Source: the human T2T-CHM13v2.0 reference genome, Homo sapiens. From it: DNA of 64,000 nt. The notes beneath the pieces were generated by a model. That model was given only the letters and a program-made list of their open reading frames with translations. It ran no database searches and was not told where the DNA came from. Both the position numbers and the translations under genes were made by a program. The stretch lies in NCBI RefSeq assembly GCF_009914755.1, contig NC_060926.1; one strand, written 5' to 3'. This document shows, in pieces, positions 1 to 13,830 of this stretch; position 1 is the stretch's first letter, and each line of letters begins with the position of its first letter.

Positions 1-1010
1 ATGTATGATATATATTATATATAACATATGATATATAATATGATTATATATCATATATTATATATCATATATTATATGTCATATATCATATATCATATAT
101 CACATATATGATATATATATCACATATAATATATCATATATGATTGATATGATATATCATATATAACGTATTATATATGATATAACGTATTATATATGAT
201 ATATCATATATGTATATGATATATATGTGTATATAATATATGCATATATGTATGTACATATGTATATGTATGTATATATGTATGCATATATGTATGTATG
301 TATACATACATGTATGTATACATACATGTATGTATACATACATGTATGTATACATACATGTATGTATATATGTATACATGCATGTATGTATATATGTATA
401 CACATGTATGTATACATACATGTATGTATATATGTATACACATGTATGTATATATGTATACATATATGTGTATGTATGTATATATGTATACGTATGTGTG
501 TATGTATATATGTATACGTATGTATGTATATATGTATACGTATATATGTATATATGTATACATGTGTATGTATGTATATATATCATATATAATATATCTA
601 ATATATAATATATGATCTATCTATATATGTTCTATGATATATATGATATATATCATATATATGATATATATGATATATATCATATATATGATATATATGA
701 TATATATCATATATATGATATATATGATATATATCATATATATGATATATATGATATTATATGTCATATATTATATATCACTGATATATATCAGTGTGAT
801 TATATATGATATATAATATATGATATATATCAGACAAAATATGTTTTGAGATATATATAACATAATATATCAAAATATATATGTGTATATATACACATAT
901 GATATGCACATACATGATACACATATGACATATATATACAGATATGATACATACATATCTATACCATATACAATATATAATACATTATATATGATAATAT
1001 ATGATATATA
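1..1010. repeat. Complex AT-rich simple repeat: (CATATA)n/(TA)n, (TATG)n block and 27-bp GATATATAT-based units
   Basis: Almost only TA/CA/TG dinucleotides. Four tandem copies of TGTATGTATACATACA at 295-358. A 27-bp unit repeats ~4x at ~636-750 (YDIYDIYHI periodicity in the ORF track). Continues past the window start. Confidence 0.95.
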
Positions 1011-4000
1011 TCAGACAAAATATATTTTGAGACAAAAACTCTTAAGAAGAGACAAAGTCACTATATAATGATAAATGGGTCAGTTCAGCAAAAGGACATA
1101 AGAATTTTTAATATACATGCACTCAACACTGGAGCACCCACATATATAAAGCAAATATTATTAGAACTAAAAAGAGAGATAGACCCCAATACAATAATAG
1201 CTGGAGACTCCACCCTGCACATTCAGCATTGGACAGATCTTCCAGATATGAAAGCAACAAAGAAATATCAGACAATGTGTACTGTAGAACAAATGGACCT
1301 ATTATGTACAGAACATGTTATCTAATGGCTGCAGAATACACATTCTTTTTCTCAGCACATATATCATTCTCAAGGATAGGCCATATGAAAGGTCACAAAA
1401 CAAGTCTTAAAACATTCAAAATAAATTAAAATAATACCAGGCATTTTCTTTGCCCACAGTGGAGTAATACTAGATATCAACAACAAGAGAAATTTTAACT
1501 ATAAAAAATTCATGGAAATTAAACAATATGCTTCTGAATGTCCAGTGGGTCAATGAAAAAATTAGGAAAAATTTGAAAAATTTCTGGAGACAAATGATAA
1601 TGGAAACACAACATATGAAACGCTATGGAATATAGCAAAATCAGTACTAAGGAAGTTTATAAGTGCCAACATCAAAATAAAAAAAGGAAAAGTTTGCATT
1701 TCTCTAATGACCAGTGATGATGAGCTTTTTTTCATATGTTTGTTGGCCACATAAATGTCTTCTTTGGAGAGGTGTCTGTTCATATCCTTTGCCCACTTTT
1801 TGATGGGATACTATCTCAGGCCAGTGAGAATGGTGATTATTAAAAAGTCAGGAAACAACAGATGATGGATGGCAAGGCTGTGGAGAAATAAGAACTTTTT
1901 TACACTGTTGGTGGGAGTGTAAATTAATTCCACCATTGTGGAAGACAGTGTGGAAATTCCTCAGGATCTAGAACCAGAAATACCATTTGACCCAGCAATC
2001 CCATTACTGGGCATATACCCAAAGGATTATAAATCATTCTGCTATAAAGACACATGCACAGCTATGTTTATTGCAGCACTATTTACAATAGCAAAGACTT
2101 GGAACCAACCCAAATGCCCAAAAATGATAGACTGGATAAAGAAAATGTTGCACATATACACCATGGAATACTATGCAGCCATAAAAAAGAATGAATTCGT
2201 GTCCTTTGCAGGGACATGGATGAAGCTGGAAGCCATCATTCTTAGGAAACTACTAACACAGGAACAGAAAACCAAATGCCGCATGTTCTCACTCATAAGT
2301 GGGAGTGGAACAATGAGAACACATAGACACAGGGAGGGGAACATCACACACTGGGTCTGTAGGGTGGTGGGGGGCAAGGGGATGGAGAGCGTTAAGACAA
2401 ATACCTAATGCATGCGGGGCTTAAAACCTAGGTGATGGGTTCATAGGTGCAGTAAACCACCATGGCACATGTAAACCTATGTAACAAACCTGCACATTCT
2501 GCACATGTATCCCAGAATTTAAAGTAAAATAAAAACAACAACAAAAAAGAAAAACTTTAAACAATTAATGATGCATATTAAAGAACCAGAAAAGCAAGAT
2601 CAAACCAAACCTAAAATTACTAAAAAAAGGAATACTAAAGATCAGAGCAGAAATAAATAAAATTGAAAGAAAGAAAACAATATAAACAACTAATAAAAGT
2701 TGTTTTTTTAAACGTTAAATAAAATCAACAAACCTTCAGCTAGACTAAGAAAAAAACCCAGAATAATAGAAATAAAAATAATATCAGAGATGAAAAATAA
2801 AACAGTGCAATGGATACTCGAAGCATCATTATTGGCTACTGTGAGCAACTATGTGCCAATAAATTAGAAAATCTAGAAGAAATGGGCAAATTCCTAAACA
2901 CATACAACCTACGAAGATTGGACCATAAACAAGTTCCAAACCTGAATAAATAACAAAGTAACAAGATAAAAGCTGTAATAAAAAGTCTGCCAATAAAGAA
3001 AAGCCAAGGACCTGATGGCTTCACTGCTGAATTCTACCAAACATTTAAAGAGGAATAAATTCCAATCCTACTCCCAAAGTATTTTTAAAAAAGTGGAAGG
3101 AACGTGTTTAATCTCATTCTATGGGGCTAGTATTACTCTGATACCAAGAGCAGACAAAAACACATAAAGAAAAGAGAACTACAGCCTAATATCTCTGATA
3201 AACATTGATGCAAACATCCTCAAAGAAATACTAACAAACTTAATTCAACAACATATTGAAATGATAATTCATTATGACTAAGTGAGATCTATCCCAGGGG
3301 TGCAAGGATGATTCAACACATGCAAATCAAGGAATGTGATATCAATAGAATGAAGAATAAAAGCCATATAATCATTCCAAATGATGCTAAAAAAAGCACT
3401 TGGTAAAATTCAACATCCCTTCATGGTAAAAACCTATAAAAAACGGAGTATATAAGGAACATAGCTCAATATAATAAAAATCACATATGTTAGACCTACA
3501 ACCAGTATCATACTGAATGTGGAAAAACTGAAAGTCATTACTCAAAGATCTGGAACATGACAGTGATTCTAACTTTCACCACTATTATTCAACATAGAAT
3601 TAAAGTGCTAGCTAGAAAAAATAGACAAGAAATAAAAATAAAGGGCATCCAAACTGGAAAGGAAGAAGTCAAATTTTTCTTGTTTGCAGAAGATATTATC
3701 TCATATTTTGAAAAACCTAAGGACTCCACTAGAAAAATCATTAGAACTGACGAATTCAATGAAGTTACGAGATACAAAATCAACACACAAATATCAGTAG
3801 TATTTCTATATACCAACAGTGAACAATATGAAAAAGAAATAAAAAGTAATATCATTTACAATAGCCACACATAAAATTAAATACCTAGGAATTTATTTAA
3901 CCAATGAGTAAAAATCTCGGTGATAAAAACTGTAAAACAGTGATAAAAGAAATTGAAGAAGACATCAAAAAATGGAAAGTTATTTTCATGGATTGGAAGA

Positions 4001-5800
4001 ATCAATATTTTTAAAATGCCCATGGTACCCAAAGCAATCTACAGAGGCAATGTACTGTATTTTGCACTGTATTCCCTATCAAAATACCAAGGATATTCTT
4101 CACAGAAATAAAAAAATTCTAAAATTTATATAAAATCACAGAACATCCCAAATAGCCACAACTCTCCTAAGCAGAAGAGTCACATTACCTAATTTTAAAT
4201 TATGCTACAGAGCTGTAGTAACCAAAATGGCATGATACTGGCATAAAAGCAGACACATAGACAAATGGAACAGAACAGAGAACCTGGAAACAAATCCACA
4301 TATCTACAACGAACTTATTGTTGACAAAGGAGCCAAGAACACATAGTGGGGAAAATATAGTCTCTTCAATAAATAATGCTGAGGAAACTGAATATCCGTA
4401 TGCATAAGAATGAAACTAGATCCATATCTCTTGCCATATACAAAGATATCAAATAAAAATGGATTAAACACTTAACTCTAAGACCTGAAACTATGAAACC
4501 ACTATAAGAAAACATTGCAGAAATTCTCCATGACATTGGTCTGGGCAAAAGTTTCTTCAGTAATAACCCACAGGCACAGGCAAAGTGGACAAATGAGATT
4601 ATATCAAGTTAAAAATCTTCTGCACTGCAAAGGAAACAAGCAACAAAGTGAAGAGACAACTCACAGAATGGGAGAAAATATTTGCAAACTATCCATCTGA
4701 CAAGAGATTAATAACCAGGGTATAAAAACAAGCTCAAACAACTTTGTAGAAAAAAAAAACTAGTAATCTGATTTTAAAATTGGCAAAAGATTTGAATAGA
4801 CATTTCTCAACAGAGTTTTCTCAAAAGAAGAGATACGAATGGCAAAGAGGCATATGAAAATATGCTCAATATCACTGATCTTGAGAGAAATGCAAAATAA
4901 AACTACAATGATGTATCATCTCTTCCCAGTTAAAATGGCTTATCTCATGACAGGCAACAACAAATGCTGGCAACAATGTAGAGAAAAGGGAGTCCTTCTA
5001 CACTGTTGGTGGGAATGTAAGTTAGTTCAACTGCTATGGAGAACAATTTGGAGGTTCCTCAAAGAACTAAAAAGAGAGATAATATTTAATCCAGCATTCC
5101 AAAAATCTGGGGATATACCCAAAAGAAAGGAAGTCAGTATATCAAAGAGATATCTGCACTCCTCCATTTACTGCAGCACTGTTCACAATAGCCAAGATTT
5201 GGAAGCAACCTAAGTGTCTAACAACAGATGAGTAAATAAAGAAAATATGGTACTTATGCACAATGGAGAACAATTGAGGTATAAAAATAATGAGATTTTG
5301 TCACTTGCACAATATGGATAGAATTGGAGGTCATTATGTTAAGTTAAACAAGCCAGGCATAGAAAGAGAAGCATTGCATATTCTGACTTATGTGTGTGGT
5401 CGAAAAATGAAAACAATTGAACTCATGGAGATACACAATAGAAGAATGGTTAGCAGAGAATGGGAATGGCAATAGGGCAATGGGGGTGGGAGAAGGTGCA
5501 AATGTTAATGGGTACAATAAAAATAGCAAGAATTAATAAGACCTAGTATTTGATGGCACAACGGGGTAACTATAGTTAATAATGATTTAATTGTACATTT
5601 TATTGTAACTAAAAGAGTTTAATTGGATTGTTCATAACTCAAAAGATAAATGCTTGAGTGGATGAATACCCCATTTTCCATAATGTGATTATTATGCATT
5701 GCATGCCTGCATACATTTATGGAGTATCTCTTGTATCCCATAAACAAATACACCTACTATGTACCTACTATGTTAATTAAAATAAAAATTATAAATAAAT
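1004..5800 (+). mobile_element. LINE-1, L1MA2/L1MA3-like: degenerate ORF2 (endonuclease to C-terminus) plus 3' UTR
   Basis: ORF fragments match L1 ORF2p (GAPTYIKQILLELKREID; EEVKFFLFAEDII with FADD mutated to FAED; [12 protein letters not shown]). The 3' UTR ...TGCTTGAGTGGATGAATACCCCATTTTCCATAATGTGATTATTATGCATTGCATGCCTG is L1MA1-3 type. A-rich tail at ~5780-5800. Confidence 0.9.
1693..2545 (+). mobile_element. 5'-truncated L1PA7/L1PA8-like insertion with 5' inversion, nested in the L1MA element
   Basis: 1693-1807 is L1 antisense and ~1807-2545 is sense through the 3' UTR (GGGGCTTAAAACCTAGGTGATGGG...CCTGCACATTCTGCACATGTATCCCAG) and A tail. TSD-like AAAAAAGGAAAAGTTT (1680-1695) / AAAAAAGAAAAACTTT (2543-2558). 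Confidence 0.92.
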
Positions 5801-5816
5801 ACACACATACATACAT

Positions 5817-8800
5817 GGTATTGTATTGTATGGATATTCCACAGTTTGTTTATGTATTCACCTATTAAAGGCATCTGACTTTTTTTTCAGTTTCAGTCAA
5901 AATAAAACTGCTATAAATACTCACATTCAAGTTTTTGTGTGAACATAGGTTTTCAGAATAGTTGGGTAAATAACAAGATGTCAACTACTGGATTGTATGG
6001 GAAGACTATTTTTGTCCTTGTAAGAAATTACCAAACTGTCTTTCAAGGTAGTTTGCTACATTGCATTTCCACCAGCAATGAGTGACAATTCCTGTTGCCC
6101 TGCATGCTCATCACTAGTTATATCATCAGTCAGTATTTTCTGGAGTTTAGTCATTCTAGTATATATGTACTGACATTTTATTATTGTTTCATTTGCATTT
6201 TTTAAATGACAAATGATATTGGGAATATTTTTATATGTTTATTGACCATCTGCCCATCATCTTTGATTAGACGACTGTTTAAATTTTTGTCCAGTTTTTT
6301 AATTGGGTTGTCTGTCTTTACATTTTTGGATAAAATTTCTTCATCAGGTATGTGTTTCACAAATATTTTCTTCCAGTCTGTGCATTTTTTAATACTCCAA
6401 TAGTGTCTTTCACAGAACAGAAGTTTTTACTTCTAATGAAGTACACCTGTCATTTTTTCTTTGAAAGTGTTTTTAGTGTTTTATCTTAAAAAAACTCCTC
6501 ACTGCACCCAAACTTCTCAGTTCACCCACGCAGATTTTCTCTTACATGTATTTAGACATTTTATAGTTTTTCGTTTTATATTTATAAGTATGATCTGTTT
6601 TAAGTTAATTTTATTGTAAAATTTGTGTTTGGGTTCTTTTATTAAATATAGATATCTAATTGGTGATGCATCATTTTTTGAGAAAGGCTGCCATCACTCC
6701 TTCAACTTTCTTTTATGTCCTTGTTAAAAATCAGTTGATCATATTTATTTTGTCCTATGTCTGTATTCTCTTTCTTTGATTTATATGTTTCTTTTAACTG
6801 TATCATATAATCTTGGTTATTATAGCTATACTATAAGTTCTGAAGTTGGGTAGTTTGTGTCTCCACATTGTACTTTTTTTCTTTTTTTGGCTATCTTTTG
6901 CCTTTCTATTTAAACTTTAGAATAAGTTTGTCTATATCTACAAAGCAGTTTGATGGAATTTTATTTGAGATTGAATGAAATCTGTAGATCAATTTGGGAG
7001 AAAAGTGTGTCAGTAATATTGGGGTCTTTCAGTCAGTGGCATAGAATGTTTTCCATATAATTAGATCTTTAACATGTTCCATCTGTGTCTTAACTTTTTG
7101 CATACAAATCTGCACATATTTTGTTAAATTTATACATAAATGTTTTATTTTCTGCTACATTGAAAATAATATTGTTTTCTAAATTTCAAATTCCAAAATT
7201 TCATTGTTGGTATGTAGAAAAAGAATTGAGTTTTGTACATGAACTTTGTGCCCTGATTTGCTATGCTTGCTGATACACTCCAGAAGATTTTTCCTTGTAG
7301 ATTTTTGAGGATTTTACATATAGGCTATCATATAATTGGCAAATAAAGACAGGTATTTTTCTTTCCATTAAGAGTACCTTTTATTTTTTGTCTTATTGAA
7401 TTAGGTAGAATTTCCAGTGAGATGTTCAAAACTGTGGCAACAGAAGTTATAATTGCCTTTTCCCTACTTTAAAGATATAACATTCAGCCTCTGACCATTA
7501 TTTATGATGTTAGCTTTAGGTTTCATGAGTGTACTTTATCAAGTTGAGAAAGCTCCCATTTATTCCTAGTTTATGAGATATTTTTGTTTGTTTGGTCAAT
7601 GAATTGATGAATTTTTGCCAAAAGGTTTTGCTGCATCTATTGATATAATCACATACTTTTTCTTTTTTTTTAGCCTGTTGAAATGGTAAATTACATTGAT
7701 TGGTTTGTGTGTTCAGTCATTTTTGGATATTTGAATAAATTCTGTTTTGTTATGGTTATAATTCTCTTTATATACTATTGAATTCTGTTTGCTAACATTT
7801 TGTTGAGGAATTTTGCATTTGTGTTCTTCAGATATATTAGTCTAGTTTTTTCTTTTTAGTTTATTTTTAATTGACAAACAATAATTGTATACATTTATGG
7901 GGTACAACGTGATGTTTTCACATATGTATACATTGTGAAATTATTAAATCAATATCTATCACCTCACATACTTATTTTTTGTGGTGAGAACATTTAAAAT
8001 CTGCTCTCTTAGCAGTTTTCAAACATACCATACGTTATTGTTAACTACAGTCACTATGCTGCACGATATATCTCCAGAATTTATTCTTCCTATCTGAAAC
8101 TTTATACCCTTTAACCAGTATCTTCCCATCTCCCCCAATCCCTTTTAACTACCATTCTGCTTTTATTTCTGTAAGTTTGACTATTTTAGATTCCACATAT
8201 ATGTGGGAACATGCTGTATTTATCCTTCTGTGCCTGGCTTATTTTATTTGTCATAATGTCCTCCAGATTCATCTATATAAATTTACGTACTTTTCAAGGC
8301 TGAACAGTATTTCGTTGTGTATATATACCACATTAGTTTTACTCATTCTTCTGCTGATGGACACTTAGGTTGATTCCATATCTTGGCCATTGTGAACAAC
8401 ACTGCAGTGAACATGGGAATGCAGATATCTCTTCAACATGCTGATTTCATTTTATTTGATATATATCCAGAAATTGAGTTACTGAATTATATGGGAGTTC
8501 TATATTTTTAGATTTTAGAGAAAACTCCATAATATTTTCCAAAATGCCTGTACTAATTTACCTTCCTACCAACAATGTACAATGGTTCCCTTTTATCCAC
8601 ACCCTCACCAACACTTGTTAGCTTTTGCCTTTTTGATAAAAGCTACTTGAGCAGCTGCGAGGTGATATCTCCTTGTGGTTTTAATTTGCATTTCCCTGAT
8701 GATTGCTGTTGAGCATTTTTAAACATTCCTATTGCCTATTTGTATGCCCTCTGTTTTGAGAAGTGTCTACAGGAGGTCCTAGTGACAGGCATTAGGCATA

Positions 8801-10080
8801 AGCAAGAAATTACATGTATCCAAATCAGAAAGGAATAAGTTAAATTGTCTCTGCAGATGATATGATCTTATATATAAAAACTGTAAAGACTCCACCAAAA
8901 AAACTGTTAAAATTAATAAATGAATTTAATAAAGTTGCAGGATACAAAATAAGCGTTCAATAATCAGTAGTGTTTCTATTTACTAACAGTGAAATATCTG
9001 AAAAAGAAAGAAGAAAAAAACATTTATGATCGCATCAAAAATACGAAAAACAAGGAGTTGCAAGATCTGTACATTGAAAAACTATTGAAAATATTAATGA
9101 CAAAAATTAAAGAAGATACAAATAAATGGAAAGATATCATGTGTTTATGGGTTGGAAGAATTAGTATTATTAAAATGCCCATGAAACCTAAAGATATCTG
9201 CAGATTCAGTGCAATCTCTATTAAAATTCTCAAGACATTTCTCACAAAAATGGAAAGAAAAAAAAGTAATTCTAGGATTTGCATGGAGCCACAGAAGACT
9301 CAAATATCCAAAGCAATTTCAAGCAAAGGGAACAAAGTTGGAGACATCACACAACCTGATCTCAAAATTTACTACAAATATTTCCAATTCAGAAGAGTAT
9401 GGAATTGGCACAAAACAGGCATATAGATCAATGGCACAAAACAGAGATCCCAGAAATAAGGTAAGTGTCTTCAGCCAATTGATCTTTGACAAAGGTGCCA
9501 ATAACCTGCAATGGGGAAATGGCAGTCTCTTCAATAAATGATGTTAGAAAAACTGGCTATCCACATGAATCCTTAATTTCACCCCATATACAAAAATCAA
9601 CTCAAAATGGGTAAAATAATTAAACATTAATAAAAAGATAAAATTACTAGAAGAGAACATACGAAAAGCTCTTGACATTATTCTTGAAAAAGGTATTTGG
9701 ATACAATCCCCAAAGCACAGGCAAAAAAGGTTTGTACATTTTATGTATTGCAAGGGCTTTATATAAGTTTCAGTATTGGATAATGATTGACTCAGAGAAT
9801 GAATTAGGAAAAATCTTCTCTGTTTCTATTTTCTGGAATAAATTGTGGAAAATTGGTATTATTTCCTCCTTAAATATTAGGTAGAATTCACCAGTGAAAT
9901 TATGTGGGTCTCAGGCTTTCTTTTTGGAATAGTCTTAATTATTCAATTGTATATATGTATATCCAAATAGATAATACATCCAAGTTATCTATTTTTTTGT
10001 GTGTGAGTTTTGGTAGCTTGGATCTTTCAAAGAATTGACCTATTTCATTTATATTACAAAACGTATGGGCATATGATTTA
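5817..10080 (-). mobile_element. Old LINE-1 (L1MC/L1MD-like) ORF2/3' region, interrupted at ~7850-9730
   Basis: T-rich antisense ORF2 motifs (TTGCATTTCCACCAGCAATGAG, TTTGCTAACATTTTGTTGAGGAATTTTGCAT, GTAGAATTCACCAGTGAAA). The consensus appears to resume after 9750. Confidence 0.75.
7850..9728 (-). mobile_element. L1MA4-L1MA6-like element with 5' inversion (minus 7850-8770; plus-oriented ORF2 segment 8771-9728)
   Basis: Poly-T and reversed L1MA 3' UTR (TTTTTAATTGACAAACAATAATTGTATACATTTATGGGGTACA). Abrupt switch at ...AAGTGTCTAC|AGGAGGTCCTAG to sense ORF2 (KEDTNKWKDIMCLWVGRISIIKM). Confidence 0.85.
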
Positions 10081-13000
10081 TTTTCTCAGTTTTAAATTTG
10101 TATGTGGCATTTTTTGAATCATTTTTAAAATTTTCAATAACCTTTTTGCTTTCTCATATGTTTATATTTTATTTCTTTAAATATTTTAATAATGATTTTA
10201 ATCAGTTTCTAATTATTCAAAACTCTGGTGGCTTTTGGTTATCTAAAACTATTGGTCATTTTAATTTATTTTGTTTGCTTTTATTTATCTTATTTTTTGA
10301 AAATAGTTTGCCTACTTTAAATAATATTTAATATAAATTTAAATATAAAGTCTCCCTCTCTTGAAATCCTTGAAGCCTAAATTGGCTACAACTCATAAGA
10401 AGAAGTCCCAAATTTTACTCTTTTTTAGTGTACCTAGATTAATTGAACCTGGATTTTCAGTAAATTAGCTACCTTAGCTTACGGACATCTAAAGGCTGAA
10501 TTCCCAGATCATTGTGCTGATATAGGCAATTGTTTTCAGTCTAATTCCCTGATTTCATATATCCTTACTTCTCACTCTAGTTTCTGCTTATAATTATCTT
10601 CAGCTGTCTGGAGAATCCTTTTATTTCTTGCAAGCTAAAAATATGCATCATAAATATTTGTTTAGGGTGTGTCAAAATAGATTTTCTTAAATAATTTGAT
10701 AAGCAAAAGCTTACCTTCGTTAAAAAGTAAACTACAGAAAATAAAACTAAATAATACGTAGTAGAAGGTAGGGACTAAAAGAATACATTTAAAAAACAGA
10801 TAGAACTGAGAGAAAAATTTATAAAGATGACATGTTTAGTAGAGTCATGTAATATATATTTTGTTGTCCATACAGCGAAAATAGCTAAAAAACGAATTAT
10901 AGGTCTTCTTATAATTGCATGTCACAAGCTAGGTATTACTTACAAACTGAAATATATGAACTTTATTGCTACTAAAATATCTTTCAAAAAAATGGAACTT
11001 CTAAATATTTCTTTGTTTTGTTCTTGCAGCTGGTTTATTTTTATTATTTTTTTGAGAATAAGTTCAGTATGACCATGCAAAGTAAAAGCTGATTTTATGA
11101 TAAATCACTTATATTTTATCATCAAATAATTAGTCAATATTACACACACATGCATATACACAAAGACATATGCACAGATTATTTAAAAACACAGTTTTCA
11201 TTGTTAAAAAGTGACTAAATTTTTGAAGATGGAAACTGTGTCTATTTTTCTTGAATATTATATTTCTAATTACTAAAGTGTTCTGCACATAAAAGGATCT
11301 TAATATTAATTACTAGATAAAGAAATAACTTGCATATTTGATTGCAAATTCAATAGGATAATCTGTCGTAATTTCTCAATTGTTCTTTTTTTTTTGCCTT
11401 ATTTTAAATAGTGTAAGCTGGTAACAAAAATATATCAGTAAAAATCAAGCATATCTTCATATAATATAGTGATGCACAAATTATTTAGAGTGATGAATCT
11501 CTACATACATCAAGCAGTGATAGCATGTGGCCTCCTCAGCTTGAAAGACATTTGTGTTAAGTATCAAGCAAATGTTATTAAAAATAAAAGTGGAGATTTT
11601 TGCTAGGTGAAATTTCTATAGCAAAGGAGATTACATAAATCAAATTATTTCAAAGGCTGTGATAGAGTCCTAAGTAATAACCTTACATCAATTAGGAAAT
11701 GGTAAATTTTGTATTTTTTGCGTTACCAAAATTCGTTAGAAAAGAAAATGAGACTTTCAATAAAATTAATTTTCCCAATTTCAATGTAAATTATAAAATT
11801 TATGATCTAAATGAATATATTAAATTGCATGTTTGAAAAACTTTAAAATTATATTTGTAATAAATCTATACGTAAAAGAAATTGTTTATTTACATAGAAT
11901 ACACTATATTAAAAATATTATTTTATCATAATTGGGTGGCTACTGCCAAAGTTGATGCCAACTTTGAAATTGTGTCCCAATTGTTTTCAAGTAAATGGCT
12001 GGAATTAGAGGGGCAAAATTGACTGTAAAAGGGTGATGCTTCTGTAATTGGAGAATTATTATCTTCAGTAGGAACAATTTTGTGTAAAGGATTTATCACT
12101 TTGTAAAGAGAATTACACCTCAGTGCTTTATAAAATACTTGCTTAGTTAGGAAGATGAAGAGGCACAACAGAGCTTTATCTTCCATATTTTCTAGGGTAG
12201 AAAACATGCTAAAAGTATTTATGTTTAACTCTCCAATTAATGTGATCAATCATAAATATATATATATATATATATGAACGTGTTCTTTGTAAAATTTCAT
12301 TACATGTATTTGTTGTCAATAGTTACTTTATTTTTCAATTTGATTTCTAAGTAAAATTTGTATTTTTATTTTTAAAAAGAAACATTGCAACAATATTTGG
12401 AAAGTTTGGTATGGTTAGATAGACATTAAATTCTACAGTTTTACATGCCATCCGGCCGGATATTAAAATAACATTTAACTATGCATGTAGAGATGCCTGG
12501 GTTAATCTAGGATGTTCATTATTTCGTCTGTCATTTTATTCCGTTGGTAAACAACCTGATATGCTTTTTTTCAAAACCAGAGCAAGAATGTACTACATAG
12601 ACGGATTTCTAGGGTATGTTTCAATGTTTGTATTGGAAATAACTTTTTCCATCCAATAATTTAAGTAGAATTATACAAAGAATAAATATTAGTACAGATT
12701 GTAGCTCTGTTTGTACTATATCCATGCTAATTAACATTATGGGTAGACAGCTTACAAACAATACACTAATATAAAAGCAATTCACATTAACTTTAAATTT
12801 ATGACATTTCTCATAAATGTTCTGATTAAGAGATTTCTATAGATTTTTATAATATTATATAATGACTAATCACCCATTTTATGCTTGTTGTTTTGGTTCA
12901 GATATGTCATATTAGAGAAATCTCCTTGTTGATTGTCAAATATTTTCTCTCTGAAAGAAACCAAGGTACAATTTTCTGGAAGGATAATCGAGTGATACAT

Positions 13001-13199
13001 TTTTAATTCATTTATTTCAATTTTGTTATTAAATATGTAAAGAATGGTCAAGAATTTTGAAAGGTATAATTTCAAATTAAATATACATAAAATTTACATA
13101 AAAAGCACATAATAGGCTCCATTATACACCAGAAACTCTCCCTAAATTCCAAGAAAATAAAAATGAACAGATATGAACGCTATTCTACAGAAACACAAT

Positions 13200-13830
13200 G
13201 TATTGAAGTGAGGAGGCATATACACAATGCACTGTAACAAAAGGCAAATTCCTCGGGACACAGAGAAAATTCTATAAGCATTTACAAGGGGAAAAGATTA
13301 TTCTCATTTGGGTGGTGTATATGTCTATAAGTATCATGGTGGGGTGGAGGAGATGACTACTGAACTGTGTCTTGAAAGATTCATAATACATATGAATATG
13401 ATAAAAGTGCATTCAGAAAAAAGCTAAGACATGCCACAAGGACTTCGTGAGGGAATATTGGCAAAAACTGAATAATAGTGAAAGACTTTAAAGATTAAAA
13501 ATACAAATTGTGTCATAGTATTAAGAAAAAATATAAATTTATTAAAAATAGGTACATGAAAAACATACACAGAATCATAGAATTTTAGCACATACCAAAA
13601 TATACACAATAGCTTGCACATAGTCGGTACCAAATAATTGTTTAATAAAACAGATGAATTTATTTATTTTATTAGATTATATGGCTCTATTATCTTGAAA
13701 CTTAAAGATTATGTACTTTTTAGGCAAGAATTGAGATTGATTTGCTGTGTTTACCTAGTAACCATTACTATCCCTGAAACATAAGAGTCCTTAAATAAAT
13801 GTTTGCTAAAGGTTGTTAAATGGATTAAAA
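13200..13830. mobile_element. Degraded L2 fragments
   Basis: L2 3'-end-like motifs (GCACATAGTCGGTACCAAATAATTGTTTAATAAA; CCTTAAATAAATGTTTGCTAAA). Confidence 0.4.

Noticed and set aside
134-1068. Many overlapping Y/I/H/T/M/C/V-rich ORFs on both strands
   Set aside because: Artefacts of alternating purine-pyrimidine repeats, which contain no stop codons in any frame
11926-12249. 107-aa minus-strand ORF
   Set aside because: Non-ATG start, no recognisable domain, and length within chance expectation
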